The translations under genes were made by a program, and so were the position numbers. Below the pieces are notes generated by a model, which saw only the letters and a list, made by a program, of their open reading frames with translations, had not been told where the DNA came from and did no database searches. From positions 1 through 64,000 of the IMG/VR virus record IMGVR_UViG_3300032249_000480: DNA of 64,000 nucleotides, one strand, 5' to 3'. Below are positions 1-8,780 of the stretch, in pieces. The first letter of the stretch is position 1. Every line of letters begins with the position of its first letter. The DNA is from a virus.

Positions 1-205
1 AGGACATAGGCCATATAGCCAGATATGCCAGATAGGACAAACAGTACCGTTTTTGATTAAGAAATATCGTTAACAAAATGACATTGGCAAACACCTATAA
101 TTTGATATGGCTCATTTGATACAGCAGTGTATTTAGCCTTTTCTTTACAGTAATGGCACTTATCTTCAAGATCAAGATATGCCTCTAGGTTGTCTAATAT
201 GCCCA

Positions 206-391
206 TTAGTTACATGCCATACAGTAGAATGGAGATCTAAGATTGTCAATATGAGTTACTATGGTTTGAGAACACTTAGAGCATCTGACTTGAACCATGC
301 TTGAGTTTGTGTTGTTTGATATAGTAAATCTTTTTGTGTAGTATACCTTGGTTAGGTACCATGTGATGGCTATTGCTAGTATCGTAATCAT
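206..391 (-). CDS. small membrane-anchored zinc-ribbon protein
   Basis: N-terminal hydrophobic stretch and two CxxC pairs; TGCTATGAT -10 lies 6 nt before the ATG (leaderless). Confidence 0.6.
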   Translation of the reverse strand: MITILAIAITWYLTKVYYTKRFTISNNTNSSMVQVRCSKCSQTIVTHIDNLRSPFYCMACN

Positions 392-416
392 CTATATATC
401 ATAGCATATTTGAGAG

Positions 417-470
417 TTATCCACAAGTTTATACCCTTAAAAATGTAAGTTATCCACAGGTTTATCCACA
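417..470 (+). promoter_or_regulatory. three perfect DnaA boxes
   Basis: TTATCCACA at 417-425, 450-458 and 462-470. Confidence 0.8.
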
Positions 471-507
471 ATTAAATCTTACTGATATTTTTATTACTTG
501 ACCTAGA

Positions 508-543
508 AGTGGAGTGAAGTGGAGGATAGTGGAGTATAGTGCG
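508..543 (+). promoter_or_regulatory. MraZ-type direct repeats
   Basis: AGTGGAG at 508, 518 and 528, plus AGTGCG at 538, at exact 10-bp period; matches the GTGG(A/T)G-N4 MraZ repeat. Confidence 0.6.
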
Positions 544-641
544 TATTTATAGATGGCGGATCGTAATGGGCTTTTTTCAAACCACCTATCTCCAAACCTT
601 TCAAACCTTTCTATCCCCATATCCCCCATATCAGGCTATGG

Positions 642-670
642 ATTATACTATCAAACCACCTATTTGTCAA
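642..670 (-). promoter_or_regulatory. consensus sigma70/SigA promoter pointing left
   Basis: TTGACA-17 nt-TATAAT on the minus strand. Confidence 0.75.
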
Positions 671-830
671 CTATATTTGACACAAATAAAATGACAATAT
701 TTGGACAAATTTGCCAATAAAATAATATAATTGTTTGATATTTATTTAAAAAGATTTAAAAAACCAGGAAAAAATTGTTTGATAATTTATGTGGTTTGAT
801 ATGGTTATACTAGGGGGATTTGGTAGTATT

Positions 831-1016
831 TTATAAGTCCCGCGATTTTTTGAACGCCCTCGTAATCCCCCTGGCAAAAAAGCGGGGGATATAAAGAAGG
901 ATCGTAATACCTCTATAGATAGCATCTTCAAACCTTACATCTGGATAGTGTTCTATATGACGAGACTCATATCGTTTTTCATTTAGAATGTTTGAAAAAT
1001 ATCTTCTTGGAGTCAT
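831..1016 (-). CDS. hypothetical protein (start revised to 1016)
   Basis: ORF with TATAAT (1023-1028) 6 nt upstream of ATG 1016. Confidence 0.45.
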   Translation of the reverse strand: MTPRRYFSNILNEKRYESRHIEHYPDVRFEDAIYRGITILLYIPRFFARGITRAFKKSRDL

Positions 1017-1174
1017 ATATATATTATACACCTATAGAAAGGTTTGACAAAGAAAGGTTTTTGTGATAGGAAGGTTTGAAAAATAGTTCCAGGATTTTGA
1101 AAAGTTTGTTCTTAATGTCTGGGAGATAAAATTGTTTGATCGTAATGATCTATAGGAAGGTTTTCTCGGGCACC

Positions 1175-1441
1175 CTACTCTGTTTTACCCGCTTCAAAAA
1201 ACATAGCCTCTAATGAATCATAGTCCTTTTCCTCAATGCCCAGTGCATGTAGCAATAAGATATAAGTTTCATCAACATAGACCTCTGCTCTTGGTGTGGC
1301 GGCAACAATCTCCTCATAGATTAAAGAAGCCAGCGGCAGACCCAAATCATTGTAGTCTACAAAATCTTTAAAATCTTCCTCAAACCTGTAATCTATCCAA
1401 ACCTGATTTAAGATTTGACATTTAGTTTTGAAATCCATTAT
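1175..1441 (-). CDS. hypothetical acidic phage protein
   Basis: ORF track; start MDFKTK follows an AAAGG RBS. Confidence 0.65.
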   Translation of the reverse strand: MMDFKTKCQILNQVWIDYRFEEDFKDFVDYNDLGLPLASLIYEEIVAATPRAEVYVDETYILLLHALGIEEKDYDSLEAMFFEAGKTE

Positions 1442-1658
1442 GAACCTTTCTTGCGTATTCAATGTCTGCTTTAATATTCATTTCGTGGGACGCTGACTCT
1501 GCTACTTCTATAAATCTACGAAAATGTAAATATGGCATAGCAGTAGCAATGTAGTATCCAACTCGTTCTAGGTCTAACGTTAAGTCTTGTATTGCTTGTG
1601 TTATTTTCTTAGCCGTTCGTTCCTCTGATGTAGATACGCTTGTCTGTACTCTTCTCAT
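1422..1658 (-). CDS. hypothetical protein
   Basis: ORF with GAGGGGG RBS and upstream TGGTACAAT. Confidence 0.65.
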   Translation of the reverse strand: MRRVQTSVSTSEERTAKKITQAIQDLTLDLERVGYYIATAMPYLHFRRFIEVAESASHEMNIKADIEYARKVHNGFQN

Positions 1659-1773
1659 AGTCCCCCCTCATTTCCATTGTACCAAAAAGGATTGGGGGGA
1701 GCAAACCCACCACAGTCTTGCTCCCACCCAGTGCATGGCCTTGACCCTAAGATCCATGCTGCTCATTGTAAAT

Positions 1774-2121
1774 TTAAACTAGCGCTGCGCTGTATGCATT
1801 AATGAATGCGTCCCATTTGACAGGTACAGAGTCAGTTACTGTTTTATTAATAAAATCAATAACTACCGTCTGCTCACCTAGGTCATAGTTATCACCATTA
1901 ATTGCATATAGGCCAAAGCCTGTCTCATCCAAAATGCTATGCTGTATAAGGTAACTAATCATCATACGTGCTCCATATGAAGAATCACCCCAACGTGGCT
2001 TGGCATGCTGCAGGGCACCTGCAATATCTGTTTCCCATGAATCTTGGCCCCAGTGACTATATAGTACTACACTAGGTCCGTCCATAGAGTCTTTAAATAC
2101 AAAGTTAATCCGTGCTCCCAT
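1774..2121 (-). CDS. hypothetical phage protein (start MGARINF)
   Basis: GGAGGA RBS; TAATG coupling with the upstream ORF; LYSHWG motif. Confidence 0.7.
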   Translation of the reverse strand: MGARINFVFKDSMDGPSVVLYSHWGQDSWETDIAGALQHAKPRWGDSSYGARMMISYLIQHSILDETGFGLYAINGDNYDLGEQTVVIDFINKTVTDSVPVKWDAFINAYSAALV

Positions 2122-2258
2122 TATTCCTCCTCCATTGGTGCGACATCTATACCGCAACCTTCGCATACTTCAGGGTATTCTCCAACTACCTGATAACCAC
2201 ACGCACCGCAGTTACCAACAAAGAATACATCATCGCCCTCAAACATTACATCTGACAT
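2121..2258 (-). CDS. small CxxC zinc-ribbon protein (45 aa, not in ORF track)
   Basis: MSDVMFEGDVFFVGNCGACGY...CEGCG; TAATG-coupled on both sides. Confidence 0.6.
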   Translation of the reverse strand: MSDVMFEGDDVFFVGNCGACGYQVVGEYPEVCEGCGIDVAPMEEE

Positions 2259-2689
2259 TACTTATCCAATCCTACTAGGGTCATTTCTTCAATAGTAGCA
2301 CACTCAGGACATTTTTCCAAATCCTGCTCATCAAAGGCATCTCTAATAATATTATCAGGGTCCTCAAACTCTGCCTGACAATTCTCACAATAGAACCAGT
2401 TATGGCTAACTCTGATTTGGATATCAGTGTCAGGTGGGCAGGGTACCTCAGTAATGAAATAACCAATCCTATTAACAATATGCCAGCCATTCCAGATATA
2501 GGAACCGCCGTCGTCTCCATCTCCATATGTCCAGATATGAGCAGGGTCAGCCTTCTTTACAAACTCTACCTCATCGCCATATGTCTCAAACATAAGACCA
2601 TCAAAGGAAGCATTTGTATCTATATTATTAGGAATAGGCTTGTAAGTCTCAACCCATACATCATAGTCTAATTCAATAAAGTTATTCAC
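2258..2689 (-). CDS. hypothetical protein with C-terminal zinc ribbon
   Basis: GTG start after GAGG; HIVNRIGYFIT motif; two CxxC. Confidence 0.7.
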   Translation of the reverse strand: MNNFIELDYDVWVETYKPIPNNIDTNASFDGLMFETYGDEVEFVKKADPAHIWTYGDGDDGGSYIWNGWHIVNRIGYFITEVPCPPDTDIQIRVSHNWFYCENCQAEFEDPDNIIRDAFDEQDLEKCPECATIEEMTLVGLDK

Positions 2690-2966
2690 CAAATACCTCT
2701 TTACGGTTTTTGATATCTTCCTTGGCAAATGCGATAGCATAGGTTAGGGCATACAACTCAGATAGTGCGTCAAGGTATCCTGTAGCCTCTGTACGTGCCA
2801 TAGAATCCATAGCCTCACCTGATTCTTCCTCTACCTCAATACAACGGTCAAGAATCTGTTCAGCCTCATACATCATAGTCTTTAGATGACCATGAAGAAT
2901 GTCTGCTCCGTCCATACCCATTTCTACTTGTTTCATTAGATATGGGTCAAGGGTCATATTAGTCAT
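2682..2966 (-). CDS. hypothetical protein
   Basis: ORF with GGAGG RBS. Confidence 0.65.
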   Translation of the reverse strand: MTNMTLDPYLMKQVEMGMDGADILHGHLKTMMYEAEQILDRCIEVEEESGEAMDSMARTEATGYLDALSELYALTYAIAFAKEDIKNRKEVFGE

Positions 2967-3111
2967 TTAATACCTCCAAGTAGTGTTTGGATACATGAAT
3001 GGCTCCTTCTAGGTAAGGAACAATGCTATCAGCACCGTCCTCGTTTTCCAAATCCTGTTCAAGGGATATGGCGTGTAGTCTGATATATTCTCTAAATGTG
3101 TCTAGGTCCAT
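2959..3111 (-). CDS. hypothetical protein (50 aa, leaderless, not in track)
   Basis: MDLDTFREYIRLHAISLEQD...; TTGTCA-17-TATAAT ends 6 nt before the ATG. Confidence 0.6.
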   Translation of the reverse strand: MDLDTFREYIRLHAISLEQDLENEDGADSIVPYLEGAIHVSKHYLEVLND

Positions 3112-3114
3112 ATA

Positions 3115-3351
3115 TTAATTATAAGGGTTGGTGTTGATTTTGACAACTTTTGGGGGTGTGACCTTAATCACAGGCTCATAGAACCTGCTTTCAATATCTT
3201 CCACACTGACATATTGCATTTCTCTACCACAAGGGCAGGTCATGCTAACTATACCATTAGGAAAACCATACCCATCCCTGGCGGTAAATTCAAGAAGAGA
3301 ATCACATTCAAATGGATCACAGACAAATGTATACTTAGCCCAGTTCTGCAT
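3115..3351 (-). CDS. hypothetical Cys-containing protein
   Basis: ORF with AGGGAG RBS; CDPFEC and CPCG. Confidence 0.6.
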   Translation of the reverse strand: MQNWAKYTFVCDPFECDSLLEFTARDGYGFPNGIVSMTCPCGREMQYVSVEDIESRFYEPVIKVTPPKVVKINTNPYN

Positions 3352-3502
3352 CTCTTAACTCCCTTACGTAATCTAATATTTCATCTACCGCAAAAAGTTG
3401 TCCTTCAAGGTGCAAAGGATTTTCATCCATAGGATATTCATTAATTGCTTCGCCTATGTCTATTTGACATTCAACAAGATAGTTAATGATGTCGTCAAGC
3501 AT
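3335..3502 (-). CDS. hypothetical acidic protein (55 aa, not in track)
   Basis: MLDDIINYLVECQ...; TAATG-coupled. Confidence 0.55.
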   Translation of the reverse strand: MLDDIINYLVECQIDIGEAINEYPMDENPLHLEGQLFAVDEILDYVRELRDAELG

Positions 3503-3663
3503 TATTCTCCCCAATATTCCATAATAGTATTAAGAGTGATGTGTAGGTTACAGTCACACTCTCCACAATTCATATTTTCCATAAACTCAAAATGGTTAAG
3601 GTTATCTTCGTAGATAGTTGTAACTAGTTCGTCTATTGTATAAGGTTTGTAAGTAGTGGTCAT
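3502..3663 (-). CDS. hypothetical protein (53 aa, leaderless, not in track)
   Basis: MTTTYKPYTIDELV...; TTGACT-17-TAAAAT ends 6 nt before the ATG. Confidence 0.6.
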   Translation of the reverse strand: MTTTYKPYTIDELVTTIYEDNLNHFEFMENMNCGECDCNLHITLNTIMEYWGE

Positions 3664-3779
3664 AGATTAATTTTAGCAGTTCAGCAAAAAAAAGTCAATC
3701 TACGTAATAAGGTTTGGGGAAAAATCTAATGTGATCTTAATCACAAAAACCGAGAAATGTCAAACCCGAGAAATTTTTG

Positions 3780-3853
3780 CGAAGTGTACGGGACTTGAAC
3801 CCGTGATCTCTACCGTGACAGGGTAGCGCATTAACCAACTATGCTAACACTCC
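3780..3853 (-). tRNA. tRNA-Asp(GTC)
   Basis: GGAGTGT/ACACTTC acceptor stem, CTACC-CTGTCAC-GGTAG anticodon arm, GGTTCAAGTCC T arm; CCA not encoded. Confidence 0.95.
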
Positions 3854-3860
3854 AATTGGA

Positions 3861-3889
3861 GAGCAGTTTTAAATCATGCTCAGGATTTA
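3861..3889 (-). ncRNA. repeated H-type pseudoknot element, copy 1
   Basis: UAAAUC-CUGAGCA-U-GAUUUA-AAACUGCUC. Confidence 0.65.
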
Positions 3890-3892
3890 TTG

Positions 3893-4909
3893 CTATGCTA
3901 GTTGCATAACATTTTGTACAACTTTTAGCAGACGATTCTTTTCTGCGTTAATAGCAGGGTCAAATCCACTAGCACTTGCAAGGATAGATTCGTTAGAACC
4001 ACCGCGAGCAGAACGATACCAGTCAAGGCGCTCAGTTAGTGCATTGAAAGCACCCCACGCATTACCAGCAATCATGCCATTGAATTCACCAGTGTAAATG
4101 TCGTTAATAACATCTACCTTGTTTTCCCATTTCTTGAATGAGCCTTTTGCATCTGCATCAGGCTTTGGGTATGCTGCAAGAATAATGTCGTTAAACATTT
4201 TAGCATCAACAGTCTTTTCAATCATTGCCTTAGCCATGATATCAAATTCGTCCATGTACTTATTAGCCATGCCAAGAGTTTCACGTGCAATTTGCACTTT
4301 ACCATTGGCAGTTTGTGTGTGACGAATCTTGAAAGATTGCTTGACGCCATCTTTTTTCTTAGTACGATTTAACGCAAGGTTAAGAGTATTAGCGCACACA
4401 ACACGAACAGGTGTGATGCTTGCTTGAATTGCGATTGAGCCATCGTGTGATGTGTTAATGAGAAGATAAGTTTTAACCTTATCTGCTACACCATTTGGGT
4501 CTAGTACAGTTTCACGCTCTAGTGCTAATGCACCAAATACAACGCGACCACCCTTGATTGAGCCAGCGGTTTCCCAACGTCCACCACCATCTAGTATGTT
4601 ATCACCAAATGAGAATAAATCTTCATTCTGTAAAACATGGTAACGCTCACCAACAACACCCAAAACATCTGTTTGTGTATTTGTTGTAGGATTTGTGCGA
4701 ACAACGTATTGGTATTCCTTGTCGCTTGTTAAGTGTGATGGGATAGGCATGTCTTCAAGACGAACATTCCAACCATTTAGATTTGCTGCTGCGAGCATTT
4801 CTGATGTTGATTTTTCTTCTGTGAAAACAGTACCCAATCCATGCCATGCGGGTTCACGGAATGATGCAAAAGATGCAACGCCGTTTTGAGTTTCTAGGTC
4901 ATGTGCCAT
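3893..4909 (-). CDS. DUF932 / TIGR03299 family phage-plasmid protein
   Basis: MAHDLE, PAWHGLG, ETAGSIKGGRVVF, SHDGS, TPVRVVCANTL and RHT motifs. Confidence 0.9.
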   Translation of the reverse strand: MAHDLETQNGVASFASFREPAWHGLGTVFTEEKSTSEMLAAANLNGWNVRLEDMPIPSHLTSDKEYQYVVRTNPTTNTQTDVLGVVGERYHVLQNEDLFSFGDNILDGGGRWETAGSIKGGRVVFGALALERETVLDPNGVADKVKTYLLINTSHDGSIAIQASITPVRVVCANTLNLALNRTKKKDGVKQSFKIRHTQTANGKVQIARETLGMANKYMDEFDIMAKAMIEKTVDAKMFNDIILAAYPKPDADAKGSFKKWENKVDVINDIYTGEFNGMIAGNAWGAFNALTERLDWYRSARGGSNESILASASGFDPAINAEKNRLLKVVQNVMQLA

Positions 4910-5067
4910 GAGTTATTTCCTTTTCTGTTGTTGTTATTTTAAGTATAACAGTATGGGCTGACAAATGCAAATCAGTATAGTTAAACATAGGACATTTCGG
5001 ACATTTTTTAAAGGGCTCTTAATGTGATGTTGATCACGTGGGCCCGAGATTTTTAAAATAAAAAAGT

Positions 5068-5097
5068 GAGCCGTTTACATGGACACTGCTCAGGTCC
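5068..5097 (-). ncRNA. pseudoknot element, copy 2
   Basis: GGAC-CUGAGCA-GU-GUCC-AUGU-AAACGGCUC. Confidence 0.6.
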
Positions 5098-5114
5098 CTT
5101 TTAGTAGCCCCCTA

Positions 5115-5555
5115 CTAAATATCTATTCTGTCAATTGAACATGACACATATGAAATAGAATCTGAATCATAGTCAATAGTATCAAAGTCAACATTATTAA
5201 CTATATCATTTGCGTCTTCTTCATTACGTGCATTAACAGTCATTGAGTAAGTTACAGAAACTTCAACCTCAAATTCTTTTGTTAAATCAAAACCACAAAG
5301 ATTAGCAATTTCTTCTGCTTGTGATTCTGTTATTTGGCCATTCTCTAGTTCATCAAGCGTCCATTCTTGCATTGCAATACGGATGTTACCAATCTCTGCA
5401 GCATTATGCATATCACGTTGTGATACACGTGCAGAGTGCTCTTCTAATTGCTTGATACGTGCTAGGTTTTCAACAAGAGACTTCTCTAAGAATTCTCTAG
5501 TCATGTAATGATTATCAATTGGCATATCTGATATTGTTGTATGTACTTGGTCCAT
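5115..5555 (-). CDS. hypothetical protein with coiled coil and acidic C-terminal domain
   Basis: ORF with GAGG RBS downstream of a TGTCAG promoter. Confidence 0.7.
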   Translation of the reverse strand: MDQVHTTISDMPIDNHYMTREFLEKSLVENLARIKQLEEHSARVSQRDMHNAAEIGNIRIAMQEWTLDELENGQITESQAEEIANLCGFDLTKEFEVEVSVTYSMTVNARNEEDANDIVNNVDFDTIDYDSDSISYVSCSIDRIDI

Positions 5556-5682
5556 GGGGGCCTCTTCCTGTTAGTTGTTATTAATATAAGTCTAGCATGG
5601 GGCACTGACAAATGCAACTTAATCTTAAAGCATCTTAACCCGTAATGGGTGATCTTGGTCACATTTTCTCGGACCCCAAAAT

Positions 5683-5709
5683 GAGCCTTTTTAAATCTTG
5701 CTCAGGATT
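5683..5709 (-). ncRNA. pseudoknot element, copy 3
   Basis: AAUC-CUGAGCA-A-GAUU-UAA-AAAGGCUC. Confidence 0.6.
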
Positions 5710-5757
5710 GCTCTATAGTATTTCTATAATCGCCCTAATCAGCCTGGCGAATTTTAT

Positions 5758-5928
5758 TTATTTAGTTGTCTTTACCATTGCGAAACGCTTTGAGCCATTC
5801 GCTAGTGTTAAGCCAACACGAGTTACTGTATTGTTAATTGGAGCGAATGAGTTAATTCGTCCAGTTACGCCAGCAGTTGATGTTGTGAATAAATCACCTA
5901 ATTGGTATGTGTATCCTTGTAGAGTCAT
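5758..5928 (-). CDS. small SH3/KOW-like protein (56 aa, not in track)
   Basis: YQLGDLFTTSTAGVTGRI, similar to 6563..6730; AAGGA RBS. Confidence 0.65.
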   Translation of the reverse strand: MTLQGYTYQLGDLFTTSTAGVTGRINSFAPINNTVTRVGLTLANGSKRFAMVKTTK

Positions 5929-5960
5929 TTTGTTTTCCTTTTCTTTGATGGTGGTTTGGT

Positions 5961-5989
5961 GAGCAGTTTAGCATGACTTACTCAGGTCA
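5961..5989 (-). ncRNA. pseudoknot element, copy 4
   Basis: UGAC-CUGAGUA-A-GUCA-UGCU-AAACUGCUC. Confidence 0.6.
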
Positions 5990-6001
5990 GTATTTAGTTG
6001 T

Positions 6002-6424
6002 TTATAGATAACGGGCTACTGCGTTGTAGGTAGAAGTATTAACTACTTCCTCGTCCGTCATTTTGAGAATACGGATAGCATTAGAGATTTCCTCTTTCTG
6101 CTCGTTGTATGTGTGTTGATGTAAAGAAGTGTATCCACGCTCAGGTTCAGCAGGGAACTCACCTTCTTTAACTGTTAAATCAAAATCAACATTGAGTGTC
6201 TTGTTCCATGAGCGATAGTTAGTGCGTAGGTTTTCTGCCTTAGCAATTCTATCTACGGCAAACTTAACAAGTTCTTTACGCCATGCTTCCATAGCCTTCT
6301 CATACTTTGCTTCGTTTGCTTCTTGTGAAGTCCAGTCAAGTTCTAGTTTGTTTAGTGTTTGTTCTAGTGCCTTGATTACTCGCTCAGTAGGTATCTTTAC
6401 TGAGATTGCTTTTCCTCTTGCCAT
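6002..6424 (-). CDS. hypothetical helical phage protein
   Basis: ORF with AAGGA RBS and TGTCAG promoter. Confidence 0.75.
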   Translation of the reverse strand: MARGKAISVKIPTERVIKALEQTLNKLELDWTSQEANEAKYEKAMEAWRKELVKFAVDRIAKAENLRTNYRSWNKTLNVDFDLTVKEGEFPAEPERGYTSLHQHTYNEQKEEISNAIRILKMTDEEVVNTSTYNAVARYL

Positions 6425-6562
6425 TTGTTTGTTTTCCTTTTCTTTGATGGGTTATTTATAGTATAGGGGGTGGGTCTGACATTTTCCCCATAAGGGGGGA
6501 GAGTTCTTACTTACGACATTGGGCTAGATACTCTCCTAAACTGCCCCTGTTTCGTTATTTAA

Positions 6563-6730
6563 TTAGGACTTAGGTGTCCAAGTTGTGTAACGGGTTGTGC
6601 CATTAACATCTAACTTAACGCGAACATTTCCATTTGCCTGTGGCGTAATTTCCTGAATTGTTCCTGTTACCTTTGACTTTTGTGATGTGTAGGTATCTCC
6701 TACTTTGTAAGTTGCTGTTGCGACTGACAT
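6563..6730 (-). CDS. small SH3/KOW-like protein (start MSVATA)
   Basis: YKVGDTYTSQKSKVTGTI; AAGGA RBS. Confidence 0.7.
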   Translation of the reverse strand: MSVATATYKVGDTYTSQKSKVTGTIQEITPQANGNVRVKLDVNGTTRYTTWTPKS

Positions 6731-6931
6731 GATTTCCTTCTTTCTGTTATTCAGGGACTTTCCCTTATGTATTAAGTGTAACATTTCCTACTGACATTTA
6801 CAACATTTATCCCTAGATTTCTCACTATTTGAGACGCTCAGGGGGTGTGATTTATGTCACTCATGTCCAGACCCCATGAATAGGAGCATGGCTATTAGTA
6901 GTGCTAGTATAGTTAGAGATAGCATTTATCC

Positions 6932-7654
6932 TCATTTCTTGCTTGATGAGAAAATTATGTCGCTCTTTGAGTATACACACAATTGGCAAGAAACGCAAGC
7001 GGAGCCCTTAGTTGAGATGAGAGGTATCTGCTTATTATTCTCAGGACACTTTGCGCTAGGCTTACCAATCATTTCTTTTATGTCTGCCTGTCCAATTGAG
7101 AATGACTTAGCAAGGTATGCCATGCGAACGCCACTGTTGATTTTTAGATCTACGGCAGTCTTAACATTCTCACTATCTGCAGAAAAATAAAGACTTAAAT
7201 TAGCAATGTCTTTTAGTATTAGTGCGGCAGACTTAACTCTTGTGTATACCCAGAATTGAATGTCTGTATTATTAGTGATTACTGTCTTCCATGCGTTAGC
7301 ATAGTTATCGCTAAAGAAGTCTCCGTCCCAGTGGATACGGAATAGTAATTGTGCATTTTTCTTTTCGCAATCTTTTCTAAAGTCATTTATCATTTCTGAT
7401 AGCAATGCTTCCATGGTATCTTGATTAGCGTCCTTTAGTAATTCCCAATTGTGCATTAGGTTTACTTTAACACCCTTGAATAGTTTTTCTAACTTTCCTG
7501 CATAGCATACACTTTCGCATACGGATGTGGCTCCAGGGCATGAGAATGCTTTTCCTGCGGGAAGTCCAAAAGTATTAGCAATTGTTGCAGTCTTACCATT
7601 AGGGGATACGGCATTAGTTACTTTTCTATCTTTGCTTCTTAGTAGTTTTGTCAT
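6932..7654 (-). CDS. GP88-like Fe-S (radical-SAM-like) phage protein
   Basis: FGLPAG, CPGATSVCESVCYA, FRIHWDGDF, WVYTR and C-terminal CPE..CxxCxxC; start revised to 7654 because 7680-7701 is its promoter. Confidence 0.8.
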   Translation of the reverse strand: MTKLLRSKDRKVTNAVSPNGKTATIANTFGLPAGKAFSCPGATSVCESVCYAGKLEKLFKGVKVNLMHNWELLKDANQDTMEALLSEMINDFRKDCEKKNAQLLFRIHWDGDFFSDNYANAWKTVITNNTDIQFWVYTRVKSAALILKDIANLSLYFSADSENVKTAVDLKINSGVRMAYLAKSFSIGQADIKEMIGKPSAKCPENNKQIPLISTKGSACVSCQLCVYSKSDIIFSSSKK

Positions 7655-7659
7655 GGTGG

Positions 7660-7806
7660 CTACTCTCTTTCTTTCTTCAATTGTAACATTAGGGACTGAC
7701 ATTTCTTTCTGTCATATTTCTTTTTATTGGGTATTGCAGAGGCAGCATTAGATCTACGTAATTCCATAAGGATACGTAAAGATTCAGGGGTCTTTTTTTG
7801 TCTCAT
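7660..7806 (-). CDS. small basic protein (48 aa, leaderless, not in track)
   Basis: MRQKKTPESLRILMELRRSNAASAIPNKKKYDRKK...; TTGACA-17-TAAGAT ends 6 nt before the ATG. Confidence 0.65.
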   Translation of the reverse strand: MRQKKTPESLRILMELRRSNAASAIPNKKKYDRKKCQSLMLQLKKERE

Positions 7807-7854
7807 GTAATAATCTTAGCAGTTCAGGAGAAAAATGTCAAACTACGTAAAGTC

Positions 7855-7875
7855 TGTGGATAAGCCTGTGGATAA
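7855..7875 (-). promoter_or_regulatory. tandem DnaA boxes
   Basis: TGTGGATAA at 7855 and 7867 (also single copies at 9203, 11353 and 11395). Confidence 0.75.
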
Positions 7876-7888
7876 CGTCCCGAGATTT

Positions 7889-8110
7889 TTATTCAGCAAA
7901 GACAAACAGATCAACAGAATCTTCAAAATTTAATTCTGCAATGTCTTGTTCACCAAAATCATTAACGTGTTTTATAAAATAGTTATCGCCTGTGCCATCT
8001 TGTTCAATAGAAACAATGGTAACGACCTCACCATCAATTGCAATGAGATCGTCCTCCATTAATTCTGAAACTTTAAATTTGCCTGCATTTAGCAATTCCA
8101 TAAGTTTCAT
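7889..8110 (-). CDS. small beta-barrel-like hypothetical protein
   Basis: ORF track; true start may be ATG 8101 (leaderless). Confidence 0.65.
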   Translation of the reverse strand: MKLMELLNAGKFKVSELMEDDLIAIDGEVVTIVSIEQDGTGDNYFIKHVNDFGEQDIAELNFEDSVDLFVFAE

Positions 8111-8122
8111 TGTAACATCCTT

Positions 8123-8215
8123 TTATTGATTTTCAATTTCATCTAGTATCTGCCATAGGACGGTTTCCAAAGCAGGTGTTGCTTCATCTAATAACTCTTG
8201 GAGTGTTTTGCTCAT
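8123..8215 (-). CDS. 30-aa hypothetical peptide (not in track)
   Basis: MSKTLQELLDEATPALETVLWQILDEIENQ; ATGA-coupled. Confidence 0.45.
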   Translation of the reverse strand: MSKTLQELLDEATPALETVLWQILDEIENQ

Positions 8216-8565
8216 TCTAATCCCAATCCTAACTCAAAGCCTTCATCCTCATTCATGGATACAATGCAATCGCTGCAATCGCAATCCCAAACATGGGGCA
8301 ACCAAAAGTCTAAGTGGTGTTGGTCAACAATAGCACTAGCAGGTGCGTGAGTCATTCCTTTATAAAGAATCTGAAAGTCACCAACCATAGGCATTTCAAT
8401 CATGCGGTTATAGTCCTCATCATAGAAAGCGTCAATAGCCTCAATGCAAGGCTTGACCATTTCTGCTGGTATTGGTGGATAGTGATTACCCTTTAAGTGA
8501 TAAAGTAATTGTGTTTCTAAATCCAAAACTGAATCTTGGATACCTAGTGCTGTTACTGCTCCCAT
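8212..8565 (-). CDS. hypothetical phage protein
   Basis: HLKGNHYPP motif; translational coupling. Confidence 0.7.
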   Translation of the reverse strand: MGAVTALGIQDSVLDLETQLLYHLKGNHYPPIPAEMVKPCIEAIDAFYDEDYNRMIEMPMVGDFQILYKGMTHAPASAIVDQHHLDFWLPHVWDCDCSDCIVSMNEDEGFELGLGLE

Positions 8566-8780
8566 TATTTTGTTACGACCTTTCGTCCTTGGCGGTAGAA
8601 TACCTTAGTGTGCATTTTGCCACTAGGTTCAGATAGATTAACTGTAGCATATTCATCAGCAAATCCCCAATCTATATGAGTATTAAATTCATTAACTGCC
8701 GTTAATGCATCTGAGTAGCGACCTGTCCAATGAGGTGCGTTGCCATCATAGGCAACTGTTATAGCGTAGTTATATTCCAT
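8565..8780 (-). CDS. hypothetical protein
   Basis: AAGGAG RBS; TAATG coupling. Confidence 0.7.
   Translation of the reverse strand: MEYNYAITVAYDGNAPHWTGRYSDALTAVNEFNTHIDWGFADEYATVNLSEPSGKMHTKVFYRQGRKVVTK

Noticed and set aside
746-931. 61-aa minus-strand ORF
   Set aside because: It overlaps the better-supported 831..1016 ORF and repeat DNA, with no start signal.
3780-3853. tRNA as a prophage attachment site
   Set aside because: No integrase, duplicated tRNA end or host genes are present; both flanks are phage-like.
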